The notes under the pieces: generated by a model | Seen by the model: the letters and a program-made list of their open reading frames with translations, nothing else | Told to the model about the DNA's origin: nothing | Database searches by the model: none | NCBI GenBank assembly: GCA_963665325.3 | Contig: OZ224045.1 | Span: 192,001-256,000 of the forward strand | Direction: 5' to 3' | DNA length: 64,000 nucleotides | Source: Alphaproteobacteria bacterium | GTDB taxonomy: Bacteria; Pseudomonadota; Alphaproteobacteria; Bin95 | Made by a program: the position numbers and the translations under genes | Shown here: in pieces, positions 18,787-28,234 of the stretch | Numbering within the stretch: the stretch's first letter is position 1 | Layout: each line of letters opens with the position of its first letter

Positions 18787-19403
18787 CAGGCAGGCTGATA
18801 ACCTTCGAGGGCGGCGACGGGGCCGGAAAGTCGACCCAGATCGCCCGGCTTGCCGATTATCTGGCCGGGTTCGGCATCCCGGTTCTTTGCACCCGAGAGC
18901 CGGGCGGCACGGCCGAAGCGGAAGCCATTCGCGCGTTGCTTGTCTCCGGAGAGGCGGACTGGGACCCGCTGACGGAAGCGATGCTGCACTACGCCGCGCG
19001 GCGCGAGCATGTCGAGAAGCGCATCCGGCCGGCCCTGGCGGCAGGAGAATGGGTAATTTCCGACCGGTTTTACGACTCCACGGTCGCTTATCAATGTTAC
19101 GGCCAGGGCCTTGCGGCGGAAGACGAGGCGGCTTTGCGACGACTCGCTATCGGCGGCTTGCAGCCCGACCTCACCCTGATGCTGGACATTCCGGTGGAAA
19201 CCGGGCGGGAAAGGGCGCAGGCAAGGCAAAAGAGCCGCTACGAGGCAATGAATGACGACCTGCATCTTCGCGTACGCGCAGGGTTTCTCGAGATCGCCCG
19301 CCGGGAGCCGCAGCGCGTGGCGGTTGTCGATGCCGCACGGGACCCGGACAATGTGGCGGCGGCCGTGCAGACCATTGTCGCAGGGCGTTTCGGCCTGTCA
19401 TGA
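18783..19403 (+). CDS. tmk: Thymidylate kinase
   Basis: ITFEGGDGAGKSTQ, TREPGG, ISDRFYDSTVAYQ. Confidence 0.95.
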   Translation: MTGRLITFEGGDGAGKSTQIARLADYLAGFGIPVLCTREPGGTAEAEAIRALLVSGEADWDPLTEAMLHYAARREHVEKRIRPALAAGEWVISDRFYDSTVAYQCYGQGLAAEDEAALRRLAIGGLQPDLTLMLDIPVETGRERAQARQKSRYEAMNDDLHLRVRAGFLEIARREPQRVAVVDAARDPDNVAAAVQTIVAGRFGLS

Positions 19404-20413
19404 CGGCCGGAGAGATACCGGAGCCCCGAAAGCGGGAAAGGTTTGTCGGCCATCCCGCCGCGGCCGGGATGCTTGCTGCCGGTGCCGCGGCCGGCAGGCT
19501 GCACCACGCCTGGATTCTGGCCGGTCCGCGCGGTATCGGCAAGGCGACGCTTGCCTTCAGGTTCGCCCGCTACCTCCTTGCCGGGCAAGGCGGATCCCTT
19601 CTGGCGGAGGCTGAGCCTGCACCACTCCATCTGGCGGCCGAAGACCCGGTTTTCCGCCGGGTGGCGTCGGGCGGTCATGCAGACTTGCGGGTGGTCGAGC
19701 CGGCCGGGGCGCGCGGTGAGGTCCGGGTGGACGCAATACGCGATGCAGGCCGTTTCTTGCGTCTGACGCCGGGCGAGTCGGCATGGCGGGTCTTGGTAGT
19801 GGACGGGGCGGATACCATGAACCCGAACGCGCAGAACGCAGCGCTCAAATTGCTGGAGGAGCCGCCGCCCAACGTGTTGATTTTGCTGGTTGCCCACCGG
19901 CCGTCCCTGCTGCTTCCGACCGTTCGTTCACGCTGCCGCATGTTGCGCCTGGCCCCCTTGGACCGGCCAGAGTTCGACGAGGTGCTTCGCGAGGTCGCGC
20001 CCGAACTGGACGCCGAAGCGTACGCGCGCCTGTTCGCGGTTTCGGGCGGCAGTCCCGGCGCGGCGCTGGAGTTGGAGCAGCTCGGCGGGCGCGCCCTCCA
20101 GGACGCAGTCGACGCTTTGCTCGACTCTCTTCCGGAAATCAACCGTCAGGCGCTGGACAGGATTGCAGCCGCGGCAACGGAAAACCGGGAAGCCGCGCAT
20201 TTCCAGGCGTTCGGGCGCATCCTCGCGACGGGTCTGGCTGAGCGCCTGCGTGCCGCCGATCCCGATTCTGCATGGCTGAACGCCGAGGCCGGCGTGTCCC
20301 GCTTGCTGGAGCGCAGTACCGCCCTTTCTCTCGACCGCCGCCAGACGGTGTACGAGATTTTCAGCATGCTCGCCCGGGCAGCCGCCGGCACAGGGCAGGG
20401 CGTCGTCGCTTGA
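19400..20413 (+). CDS. holB: DNA polymerase III subunit delta'
   Basis: HHAWILAGPRGIGKATLA, AQNAALKLLEEPP, LLPTVRSRC; follows tmk. Confidence 0.92.
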   Translation: MTAGEIPEPRKRERFVGHPAAAGMLAAGAAAGRLHHAWILAGPRGIGKATLAFRFARYLLAGQGGSLLAEAEPAPLHLAAEDPVFRRVASGGHADLRVVEPAGARGEVRVDAIRDAGRFLRLTPGESAWRVLVVDGADTMNPNAQNAALKLLEEPPPNVLILLVAHRPSLLLPTVRSRCRMLRLAPLDRPEFDEVLREVAPELDAEAYARLFAVSGGSPGAALELEQLGGRALQDAVDALLDSLPEINRQALDRIAAAATENREAAHFQAFGRILATGLAERLRAADPDSAWLNAEAGVSRLLERSTALSLDRRQTVYEIFSMLARAAAGTGQGVVA

Positions 20414-20473
20414 TTCCGCCAATTATTAGTGGGACAACCGGGCCGTGTTCCGGGACCCGGATGTCCTAACCCC

Positions 20474-22030
20474 ATGAGCGACGGCACGCCGTTCTACATC
20501 ACGACACCGATCTACTACGTAAACGATGCGCCGCATATCGGCCACGCGTACACGACGGTTGCCTGCGACGTGCTCGCGCGCTTCAAGCGGCTCGATGGCT
20601 ACGATGTCCGGTTCCTGACAGGCACGGACGAGCACGGTCAGAAGGTCGAGAAGGCGGCCGAGGCGGCGGGCGAGGCGCCGCAGCCCTTCACCGACCGAAT
20701 GTCCGCAAATTTCCGCGACCTGGCGGCGACGCTGCACACGTCGAATGACATTTTCATGCGTACCACGGAGGATCGCCACAGGCTTGCAAGCCAGGGAATC
20801 TGGAATGCCCTGGTGGCTGCGGGTGACATCTATCTGGGCAGCTATGCGGGCTGGTATTCGGTGCGCGACGAGGCGTTCTTCACCGAAACCGAGGTCACCA
20901 AGCGCAGCGACGGCGCCCGGATCGCGCCGACGGGCGCCGAATGCGAATGGGTCGAGGAACCCAGCTATTTCTTCCGGCTCTCGGCATGGCAGGACCGGCT
21001 GCTGGCCTTCTACGAGGCTAATCCGGACTTCATCGGACCGCCAAGCCGGCGCAACGAGGTCGTCAGCTTCGTGCGTGGCGGCCTGCAGGACCTGTCGGTC
21101 TCGCGCACGACGTTCAACTGGGGCATCCCGGTTCCCGGAGACGACGCCCATGTCATGTATGTCTGGCTGGATGCGCTGACCAACTACATTACCGGCGTCG
21201 GCTACCCCGAGACGGACTCAGCATCTTTCCGGCGCCACTGGCCGGCCGACCTTCACATGGTCGGCAAGGACATCGTGCGCTTCCACGCGGTCTATTGGCC
21301 GGCTTTCCTCATGGCCGCCGGCGTGGCTCCGCCCAGGCGGGTGTACGCCCATGGCTGGTGGACCAACGAGGGCGAGAAAATCTCGAAATCGGTCGGCAAT
21401 GTCATCGACCCCTACGACCTGATCGAGCGATACGGGCTTGACCAGCTTCGCTATTTCCTGCTTCGCGAGGTGCCTTTCGGCAATGACGGCGACTTTTCGC
21501 ACCGTTCGATGGTCCAGCGCATGAACGGCGAGCTCGCCAACGACTACGGCAACCTTGTGCAGCGGACGCTATCGATGATCGCCCGGAATTGCGGCGGCAG
21601 ACTGCCCGAACCGGGACCGTTCTCTACCGGGGACAAGCAATTGCTCGGCGAAGCCGGCGGCTTGCTCGGAGCATTGCGGGCGGCGATGGACCGGCAGGCA
21701 TTCCATCAGGCGCTGGAAGAGATCTGGCGCGTCGTTCGCGCTGCGAACGCCTATGTCGCCCGCGAGGAGCCCTGGACCCTGCGCAAGAACGACCCAGAGC
21801 GCATGGGGACGGTGCTTTACGTTGCCGCCGAGGCCATCAGAGGTCTTGCGCTCGCGACCCTGCCGTTCATGCCGGACGCCTCCGAGCGCATCCTCGACCA
21901 GCTTGCGGTGGACCCGGAGGCCCGCAATTTCGAGGCATTCGGCGAAGCCGGCGCCCTTCGGTCCGGCGCTGCGCTGCCGAAACCGCAAGGCGTTTTCCCG
22001 CGCTTCACGGGCGAGGAGGCGCAATGCTGA
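20474..22030 (+). CDS. metG: Methionine--tRNA ligase
   Basis: YITTPIYYVNDAPHIGHAY (HIGH), GTDEHGQK, YVWLDAL, KISKS. Confidence 0.96.
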   Translation: MSDGTPFYITTPIYYVNDAPHIGHAYTTVACDVLARFKRLDGYDVRFLTGTDEHGQKVEKAAEAAGEAPQPFTDRMSANFRDLAATLHTSNDIFMRTTEDRHRLASQGIWNALVAAGDIYLGSYAGWYSVRDEAFFTETEVTKRSDGARIAPTGAECEWVEEPSYFFRLSAWQDRLLAFYEANPDFIGPPSRRNEVVSFVRGGLQDLSVSRTTFNWGIPVPGDDAHVMYVWLDALTNYITGVGYPETDSASFRRHWPADLHMVGKDIVRFHAVYWPAFLMAAGVAPPRRVYAHGWWTNEGEKISKSVGNVIDPYDLIERYGLDQLRYFLLREVPFGNDGDFSHRSMVQRMNGELANDYGNLVQRTLSMIARNCGGRLPEPGPFSTGDKQLLGEAGGLLGALRAAMDRQAFHQALEEIWRVVRAANAYVAREEPWTLRKNDPERMGTVLYVAAEAIRGLALATLPFMPDASERILDQLAVDPEARNFEAFGEAGALRSGAALPKPQGVFPRFTGEEAQC

Positions 22031-22803
22031 TAGACAGCCACTGCCACCTCGATTTCCCGGACTTCGAAGGCGAGGTGGACGCGCTGGTCGAACGCGCGCA
22101 TGAAGCCGGGGTCGGCTGCATGGTGACGATCTGTACCCGTCCACGCCAGGCCGAGGCCGTCATCGCGCTGGCGGAACGCCATGAGAGCGTGTTCTGCGCC
22201 ATTGGCCTGCATCCGCATCACGTCGCGGTCGAAGGCATGCCGGAAGAGGGCGACCTCGTGGAATTCGCCCGGCACCCCAAGGTCGTGGCGTTGGGCGAGA
22301 CCGGGCTCGACTACCACTACGACCGGAGCCCGCGTGACCTCCAGCAGGAGAGTTTCCGGCGCCATATCCGCGCATCCGCAAGCGCGGGCGTGCCGTTCGT
22401 CGTGCACAGCCGCAACGCCGATACGGACACGGCGTCGATCCTTGAGGAAGAGGCGGCGGGGCAGGTTCCGGGCGTGATGCACTGCTTCAGCAGCGGGCAC
22501 GGACTTGCCGACAAGGCTTTGGAATTAGGCCTTTATATTTCGTTTTCAGGCATAGTGACGTTCCGTAACTCGGACGCCTTGCGCGAGATTGCTGCCGCTG
22601 TTCCGCTCGACCGCATGTTGGTGGAAACCGATGCGCCGTTCCTGGCCCCGGTGCCGATGCGGGGCAAGCGCAACGAGCCGGCCTATGTGGTCCACACGGC
22701 GGCTGTTGCGGCGGAATTGAAGGGCGTTTCCGGCGAAGCCTTCGCAGCAGCCAGCACGGACAACTTCTTCCGCCTGTTCCCGAAGGCGCAGACTTGCGGG
22801 TAA
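22024..22803 (+). CDS. tatD: TatD family DNase
   Basis: MLIDSHCHLD, GLHPH, GETGLDY, HSRNA, HCFS, ETDAPFLAP. Confidence 0.93.
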   Translation: MLIDSHCHLDFPDFEGEVDALVERAHEAGVGCMVTICTRPRQAEAVIALAERHESVFCAIGLHPHHVAVEGMPEEGDLVEFARHPKVVALGETGLDYHYDRSPRDLQQESFRRHIRASASAGVPFVVHSRNADTDTASILEEEAAGQVPGVMHCFSSGHGLADKALELGLYISFSGIVTFRNSDALREIAAAVPLDRMLVETDAPFLAPVPMRGKRNEPAYVVHTAAVAAELKGVSGEAFAAASTDNFFRLFPKAQTCG

Positions 22804-24404
22804 CCGTGCTCGGCTGCGGCGGTTCGGCCGGCGTGCCTGTCGCCAGCGGGGACTGGGGCGCCTGCGACCCGGACGACCCGCGTAACCGGCGCAAGCGGCC
22901 TTCGATCCTGGTCGAGGCGAGCGGCGCGCGCATCGCTGTCGATACGGGGCCGGATTTCCGTGAGCAATGGCTGTCCGTCGGCGGCGGCCGGCTGGATGCA
23001 GTCGTCTACACCCATGCCCATGCGGACCATATCCACGGTATCGACGACCTGAAGTCGCTTTGCACCGAACGCGGCGGCCCCATAGATGTGTACGGCCGCC
23101 CGGAGGTGTTGGAGCGGCTCCGGCAGAGGTTCCCTTACGCCTTCTCCGAACCCGCCGACGGACCGCCATATTTCCGGCCCTGCGTGAGGCCGCACCCGGT
23201 CGGGGAACGCTTCGAGATTGCCGGCATCGCGTTCCGGGCCTTCGAGCAGCAGCACGGGCAGGGCCGCTCGACGGGCCTCAGGATCGGGAGCTTCGCCTAC
23301 AGTACCGACGTCTCGGCCCTCGACGAGGCCGCGTTCGAGGCGCTGGAGGGAATCGACACCTGGATCGTCGGGGCCGGCCACGCGGACTTTCCGAGCGGCA
23401 ACCACGCCTTCCTTCCGGTTGTCCTGGAATGGGCGGAGCGCCTCGGGCCGAAGCGTGTCGTGCTGACGCATCTCAATCACTATATGGATTACCGGACACT
23501 CGCCGCCGAACTGCCGCAGGGCGTTGAGCCCGGCATTGACGGCATGACCCTCGAGATACTCCCGAATGCACCTGCCGTTATTTCCCATAATATACATTAT
23601 GCGATAATCGGATCGCAACCTGTTGATTCCCTTTTGGAAATCATGGCGACCCTGCGCGCACCCTCTATCGGTTGTCCTTGGGATATCGAGCAGAACTTCG
23701 AGACGATCGCGCCCTATACGGTCGAGGAAGCCTATGAGGTGGCGGAGGCAATTCGCTGCGGCGATCTCGACGCGCTGCGCGAGGAACTGGGCGACCTGCT
23801 CTTCCAGGTCGTGTTCCACGCACGGATGGCGGAAGAACGCGGCGCGTTCGCGTTCGGGGATGTCGTCAATGCGGTTTCCACCAAGATGGTGGCGCGCCAC
23901 CCGCATGTCTTCGGCGACGGCAAGATTGCCGATGCCGAGGTGCAGAGCGCGAATTGGGAGATGCACAAGGAACGGGAGCGGCAAAGAAAGGCTGCAGTTT
24001 CCGGCGCAGCGCGGTCCAGCGCGCTCGACGATGTGCCACTGGCCCTGCCGGCGTTGATGCGAGCGGAAAAACTGCAACGCCGCGCTGCGCGCACCGGATT
24101 CGACTGGCCGAACGCCGCGCCTGTCTTCGACAAGGTGCGCGAGGAACTCAACGAAGTTGCGGCTCCGGGCGCCGATATTCCGGCCGAACTGGGCGACCTG
24201 CTCTTTTCCGCCGTCAATCTCGCGCGTAAGCTTGGCTTTGCGCCGGAAACCGTGCTGCGGGACGCAAATGCCCGTTTCGAATGGCGTTTTCGCCGGGTCG
24301 AGGCTCTCGCACAGGGGGAAGGTTTGGTGCTGAAGGCAGCGCCGCTCACGGAACTGGATCGCTTGTGGGATCTGGCAAAACGGGAAGAACGGGATGCAGG
24401 CTGA
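22794..24404 (+). CDS. mazG: Fusion of a PhnP-like MBL-fold metallo-hydrolase (N-terminal) and nucleoside triphosphate pyrophosphohydrolase MazG (C-terminal)
   Basis: VLGCGGSAGVP, THAHADHIHGIDD, YSTD, LTHLNH; then LLEIMATLR..GCPWDIEQ, EEAYEV, EELGDLLFQVVFH, RHPHVF, ELGDLLF. No stop codon between the two domains. Confidence 0.8.
   Translation: MRVTVLGCGGSAGVPVASGDWGACDPDDPRNRRKRPSILVEASGARIAVDTGPDFREQWLSVGGGRLDAVVYTHAHADHIHGIDDLKSLCTERGGPIDVYGRPEVLERLRQRFPYAFSEPADGPPYFRPCVRPHPVGERFEIAGIAFRAFEQQHGQGRSTGLRIGSFAYSTDVSALDEAAFEALEGIDTWIVGAGHADFPSGNHAFLPVVLEWAERLGPKRVVLTHLNHYMDYRTLAAELPQGVEPGIDGMTLEILPNAPAVISHNIHYAIIGSQPVDSLLEIMATLRAPSIGCPWDIEQNFETIAPYTVEEAYEVAEAIRCGDLDALREELGDLLFQVVFHARMAEERGAFAFGDVVNAVSTKMVARHPHVFGDGKIADAEVQSANWEMHKERERQRKAAVSGAARSSALDDVPLALPALMRAEKLQRRAARTGFDWPNAAPVFDKVREELNEVAAPGADIPAELGDLLFSAVNLARKLGFAPETVLRDANARFEWRFRRVEALAQGEGLVLKAAPLTELDRLWDLAKREERDAG
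23580..23607 (-). other. dif: dif site (XerC/XerD chromosome dimer resolution site)
   Basis: Minus strand reads TTATCGCATAA-TGTATA-TTATGGGAAAT versus E. coli dif GGTGCGCATAA-TGTATA-TTATGTTAAAT: identical spacer, 9/11 XerD arm, conserved CGCATAA of the XerC arm. AT-rich island in GC-rich DNA; KOPS motifs converge on it. Confidence 0.88.
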
Positions 24405-25542
24405 ACTTCAACAGGAACTCTCCCGCCGCCTATTCGCCCATCTGGACGCGGGAAAGACCGATGTCTGGCCCGAGGTCGTCCGGCAGCCGGTCAGCGCCTA
24501 TACCTGCGCCGATCGGGCCGACCGCGAGCGGCGGGACTTGTTCCAGCGCCGCCCGCTCTTCGTCGGTCTTTCGGGCCTGCTGCCGAACCCCGGCGACTGG
24601 GTCACGAGCGACGAAACCGGCATTCCGATCCTGATTGTCAGGGGGCGCAACGGCCGGCTTCGGGCTTTCGCGAATGTCTGCCGCCATCGGGGCGCGAAAC
24701 TGGCGCAGGGCCAGGGGTGCGGTGCAGCGGCCTTCACCTGCCCCTACCACGGCTGGACCTACGATCTGGACGGGCGCCTGATCGGGTTGCCGGACGAGCG
24801 CAATTTTCCCGGTGTCTCACGTGCCGACCATGGCCTCGCGGCGGTGCCCGTGGCCGAGAAGCACGGCATGGTCTTCGTCCAGGCGACGGCGGGGGACGAT
24901 TTCGACGTCGATGCCCTGCTCGAAGGCATGGGCCAGGAACTCGCGCCCTACGGCCTCGAAGGTTGGACGCCCTACTCCCGCCAATGCTTCGACCTGTCCA
25001 TGAACTGGAAGATTGCCCTGGACACGTTCCTCGAGCCCTACCACTTCCCGTTCCTGCACAAGAACACGGTCGGCCCGATCTTCATCGCCAATGTCTGCCT
25101 CTATGACGGTTTCGGGCCGCATCTGCGCGAGGTGTTTCCGCGCCGCGGCCTGCGCGAGATGCGCGAAAAGCCGCCGGAAGACTGGGACCTCGTGGACAAT
25201 TCGGCACTCATCTATGTGTTCTTCCCGAACACGGCCTTCATCGTCCAGAAGGACCATATGGAAGTCTGGCGCTGCTTCCCCCGGCTCGGTGGCGGCCCCG
25301 GGGAATCGACCGTGCTGTTCGAGTTCTACATTCCGGAGCCCGTGCGGAGCGAGAAGGCGCGCATCCACTGGGACAAGAATGTCGATCTGGCGGTGCGCAC
25401 GGTGATCGAGGAGGACTTCCCGACCGGCGAGACGATCCAGGCGGGCTTCGCTGCCGGGGTCAACGCGCATGTCACCATCGGCCGGAACGAACCGGCCGTC
25501 GCCCATTTCGAAACGACGGTGAACCGCTACGCCGCGGCCTGA
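24394..25542 (+). CDS. Rieske non-heme iron oxygenase, alpha subunit
   Basis: NVCRHRG...CPYHGW Rieske motif; NWK...FLEPYHFPFLH mononuclear Fe site; EED. Confidence 0.9.
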   Translation: MQAELQQELSRRLFAHLDAGKTDVWPEVVRQPVSAYTCADRADRERRDLFQRRPLFVGLSGLLPNPGDWVTSDETGIPILIVRGRNGRLRAFANVCRHRGAKLAQGQGCGAAAFTCPYHGWTYDLDGRLIGLPDERNFPGVSRADHGLAAVPVAEKHGMVFVQATAGDDFDVDALLEGMGQELAPYGLEGWTPYSRQCFDLSMNWKIALDTFLEPYHFPFLHKNTVGPIFIANVCLYDGFGPHLREVFPRRGLREMREKPPEDWDLVDNSALIYVFFPNTAFIVQKDHMEVWRCFPRLGGGPGESTVLFEFYIPEPVRSEKARIHWDKNVDLAVRTVIEEDFPTGETIQAGFAAGVNAHVTIGRNEPAVAHFETTVNRYAAA

Positions 25543-25955
25543 AGCGCGGCGAGGGTCGTCTCGAAAGGCAATAGGACGGCGCCGTGTCGCGCCTTTACCT
25601 CGCGCACCGGCTCAAGGCGCCCAAACTCGCTCCAGACGCCGTTTGGCGCCGCACCGCCCTTGAGGAAGGCTTCCACCTGAGCACGCCCGGCTTCGACTTC
25701 CCCGGCGTTGCGACCGGTCGCCGTTTCGGCGAACAGCGCCGCCGATGCCTGCCCGAAGGCGCAGGCCTGGATGCGCTGCGCATAGTCGGTAATGCGGCCG
25801 TCTTCGACCGCAATCTCGACGGTCATCGTGCTGCCGCAGAGCCGACTCGTGCGCGTTGCCTCTCCGTCGGCGTCATCCAGGCGCCCTACCCGCGCGATTG
25901 CCCCGGCGAGGCGGAGGATGTCGCGCGTGTAGAGCTTGAAGAGGGCGTCCGTCAT
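25527..25955 (-). CDS. IscU/NifU-N-like Fe-S scaffold family protein (alphaproteobacterial type)
   Basis: KLYTRDILRLA, SRLCGS, QACAFGQASA, RHGAVLLPF. Confidence 0.8.
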   Translation of the reverse strand: MTDALFKLYTRDILRLAGAIARVGRLDDADGEATRTSRLCGSTMTVEIAVEDGRITDYAQRIQACAFGQASAALFAETATGRNAGEVEAGRAQVEAFLKGGAAPNGVWSEFGRLEPVREVKARHGAVLLPFETTLAALQAAA

Positions 25956-26017
25956 GGCAGAAGCCATCTGGGCGCGGGGAGGGCCAGCGGCAAGGCCCTG
26001 CCCTCCCCCGCCAGCCG

Positions 26018-27592
26018 TCAGTTCTTCACCACGTAGTAGAGCATGAACTGGTTGTCCGCGCGTTGCGCGAGCTCGACGGCATCGTTCTTGCCCCATGCAA
26101 GCCCCTGTTGGTGAAGGGGAATCGTCCCTACTTCCGACGCCGCGATCTCATATGCCTGCGCGATCATCGCGTTGCGCTCCGCCTCGTCGGTCGAGACCTT
26201 GATCTTGTCGGTCAGCGCATCGACGTCCTTGTTGCAGTAGCCGCCGACATTGAACTTGCCGCGTCCGGTTTCTTCCCGGCAATTCAGCAGGTTGTAGAGC
26301 ACGTTCCAGCTGTCGAAAGAACCGGGCGTCCAGCCGAGCAGGAAGAAGCTGGTGTCGTAATTCGGCCCCAGGATCTTCTTGAAGAACAGCGCTTTCGGTT
26401 CCGCTACCAGATTCACCTTGATGCCGACCTTGGCGAGCATCGAGGAAATGGCGATGCAGATCTGCTCATCATTTACATAGCGGTTGTTGGGGCAGTTCAT
26501 GCCGACCTCGAACCCGTCCGCGTAACCGGCGTCCGCCAGCAGCGATTTCGCCTTTTCGGGGTCGTGGGCAAGGCGCTCGATGCCGGGTGCGTGGGGGAAC
26601 AGCTTCGGCGAGATCATCAGCGCCGAGGGGTCGGACAGGCGGCGCATCACCTTCTTGCGGATCGCGTCGATATTGATCGCGTGATAGAAGGCCTGCCGCA
26701 CTCGCACATCCTTGAACGGGTTGGCGCCCTTGACGCTGGAGTAGAGAAGCTCGTCGCGGGCGATGTCGAGCCCGAGGAAGATCGTGCGCAGTTCGGGGCC
26801 GATCAGCACCGACGTGCCGTCATTGCCGTCCACCCGCTTGATGTCCTGCACCGGCACGGGATAGGCCATGTCGATCTCGCCGGAGAGAAGCGCGGCGACG
26901 CGCGTCGCATCGGACCCGATCGGCTTGAACACCACGCGGGTCAGGTTGTGCTTCGGCGTGTCCCACCAGCCGTCATGGGGCTCAAGCACGGTCTCGATGT
27001 CCGTCTCGCGCTTGACGACCTTGAACGGCCCGGTGCCGTTGGTGTTGAAGGCGGCGAAATTGTCGGTGCCTTCCGCCAGCGAGGTTGGCGCAACGGCGTT
27101 GTTCGCCTCGGACCATTCCTTGTCCATGATGTACCAGGTCGCCCACTCCGAATGCAGGATGGGATTGGGGCCCTCGGTCACGAAATCGACTGTGTGGTCG
27201 TCGACCTTCTCGACCTTGACGCTCTTGGCGATACGGGTCGTGAGGTCCGACCCCTCAGCTCGCACCCGATCCGCCGAAAACACAACGTCGTCGGCGTTGA
27301 AGCTGTTGCCATTGTGAAAGACGACGCCCTTCCGGAGGTGGAAGCGCCACCGGTTCGGCTCCACGATTTCCCAACTTTCGGCGAGCGCGGGCTGGATCTG
27401 GAGGTCGGGACCCCGCCGGATCAGGCCCTCATAGACATTGCCGAGGAGACCGAGCGTAAAGGTCTCATTCAGCACATAGGGGTCGAGCGCCTGAGCGTCG
27501 CCCTGGAACGACCAAGTGAAGGTCTTGGCGCCGGCGGGCATCGCCATGGCCATCGTTGCGGCGAGCGCCGCAGCAGCAGTTCGGAGTCGCAT
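26018..27592 (-). CDS. Peptide/nickel ABC transporter substrate-binding protein (family 5, DppA-like)
   Basis: Signal peptide; LDP, VYEGL, PALAESW, FHLRKGVVFHNG, NGTGPF, TRVAALLSGEID, NPFKDVRVRQA. Confidence 0.9.
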   Translation of the reverse strand: MRLRTAAAALAATMAMAMPAGAKTFTWSFQGDAQALDPYVLNETFTLGLLGNVYEGLIRRGPDLQIQPALAESWEIVEPNRWRFHLRKGVVFHNGNSFNADDVVFSADRVRAEGSDLTTRIAKSVKVEKVDDHTVDFVTEGPNPILHSEWATWYIMDKEWSEANNAVAPTSLAEGTDNFAAFNTNGTGPFKVVKRETDIETVLEPHDGWWDTPKHNLTRVVFKPIGSDATRVAALLSGEIDMAYPVPVQDIKRVDGNDGTSVLIGPELRTIFLGLDIARDELLYSSVKGANPFKDVRVRQAFYHAINIDAIRKKVMRRLSDPSALMISPKLFPHAPGIERLAHDPEKAKSLLADAGYADGFEVGMNCPNNRYVNDEQICIAISSMLAKVGIKVNLVAEPKALFFKKILGPNYDTSFFLLGWTPGSFDSWNVLYNLLNCREETGRGKFNVGGYCNKDVDALTDKIKVSTDEAERNAMIAQAYEIAASEVGTIPLHQQGLAWGKNDAVELAQRADNQFMLYYVVKN

Positions 27593-27688
27593 CGTCGGAG
27601 CCTCTCGGGATTGGTTGCGGCCGGGAACCTAGCCCGGTTTCCTCCCCAATGTCATGACCAGCGCCGCCCATCCCCGGCCGGATAGGAA

Positions 27689-27943
27689 TCAGGCCGTGGA
27701 CTTTGCGATCCAATCCCGCAGCGCCCGGTCGATCCGGGTCTGCCAACCGCTCCCGCCCGCCTTGAAATGGTCGACCACATCTTGAGACAGACGAATGGTG
27801 GTGGATACTTTCGGTTTCGCGGCGGGAGGCCGTCCCCGCCTGACGGTCGCAGCAGCGAATTTCTCCGGCCAGCCGTCACGGGAAAGGTCGGGCGCGGTGT
27901 CAGGATCGAAATCGCGGGCTATAGAGTTTTCGTTCGCGTCCAT
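27689..27943 (-). CDS. brnA: BrnA antitoxin
   Basis: RRGRP...KVSTTIRLSQDVVDHFKAGGSGWQTRIDRALR is the BrnA family signature. Confidence 0.9.
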   Translation of the reverse strand: MDANENSIARDFDPDTAPDLSRDGWPEKFAAATVRRGRPPAAKPKVSTTIRLSQDVVDHFKAGGSGWQTRIDRALRDWIAKSTA

Positions 27944-28175
27944 TGGCCTTCCTCATGCTGATGATGCGCTGCGCGTTACGACGAGGTGTCCACACCAGGA
28001 TCACCATATCGTCGTCGAGAAAACCGATGGTGAGGAACCTGCGTTCTCCGTAGTCTTTCCGTTCGTCGTGAACGGTGAGGCTCGTTCCTTCGAAAACTTC
28101 GCCAGACCGCGCCATGTCCAACCCTTGGACCTCAAGCGTAGCCGCCCGTTTTGCCTCATCGAACTGGATTTTCAT
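27900..28175 (-). CDS. brnT: BrnT ribonuclease toxin
   Basis: MKIQFDEAKR, DYGERRFLTIG, VWTPR, RIISMRKAN.RE. Confidence 0.9.
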   Translation of the reverse strand: MKIQFDEAKRAATLEVQGLDMARSGEVFEGTSLTVHDERKDYGERRFLTIGFLDDDMVILVWTPRRNAQRIISMRKANGRERKLYSPRFRS

Positions 28176-28177
28176 CT

Positions 28178-28195
28178 TTTATGTTACTACATAAA
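28178..28195. promoter_or_regulatory. Putative BrnA operator palindrome immediately upstream of the brnT start
   Basis: TTTATGT-TACT-ACATAAA, a perfect 7-bp inverted repeat 2 nt from the brnT ATG; no Shine-Dalgarno, so possibly a leaderless transcript. Confidence 0.65.
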
Positions 28196-28234
28196 TTGTG
28201 ATCGCGAAACTACTTCTCAAAGAGCGGATCTTCC

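Noticed and set aside
21589-22023. Apparent 404-aa TatD with an extra domain
   Set aside because: The extra part is an off-frame reading of metG; TatD starts at MLIDSHCH (22024).
26063-27685. Long antisense ORFs (e.g. 26063-27685, 29187-30833, 33502-35094, 38361-39872, 40625-42466, 43042-44880, 46530-48260, 52388-54019)
   Set aside because: They are shadow ORFs opposite well-supported genes, expected from high-GC codon bias, and show no family motifs.
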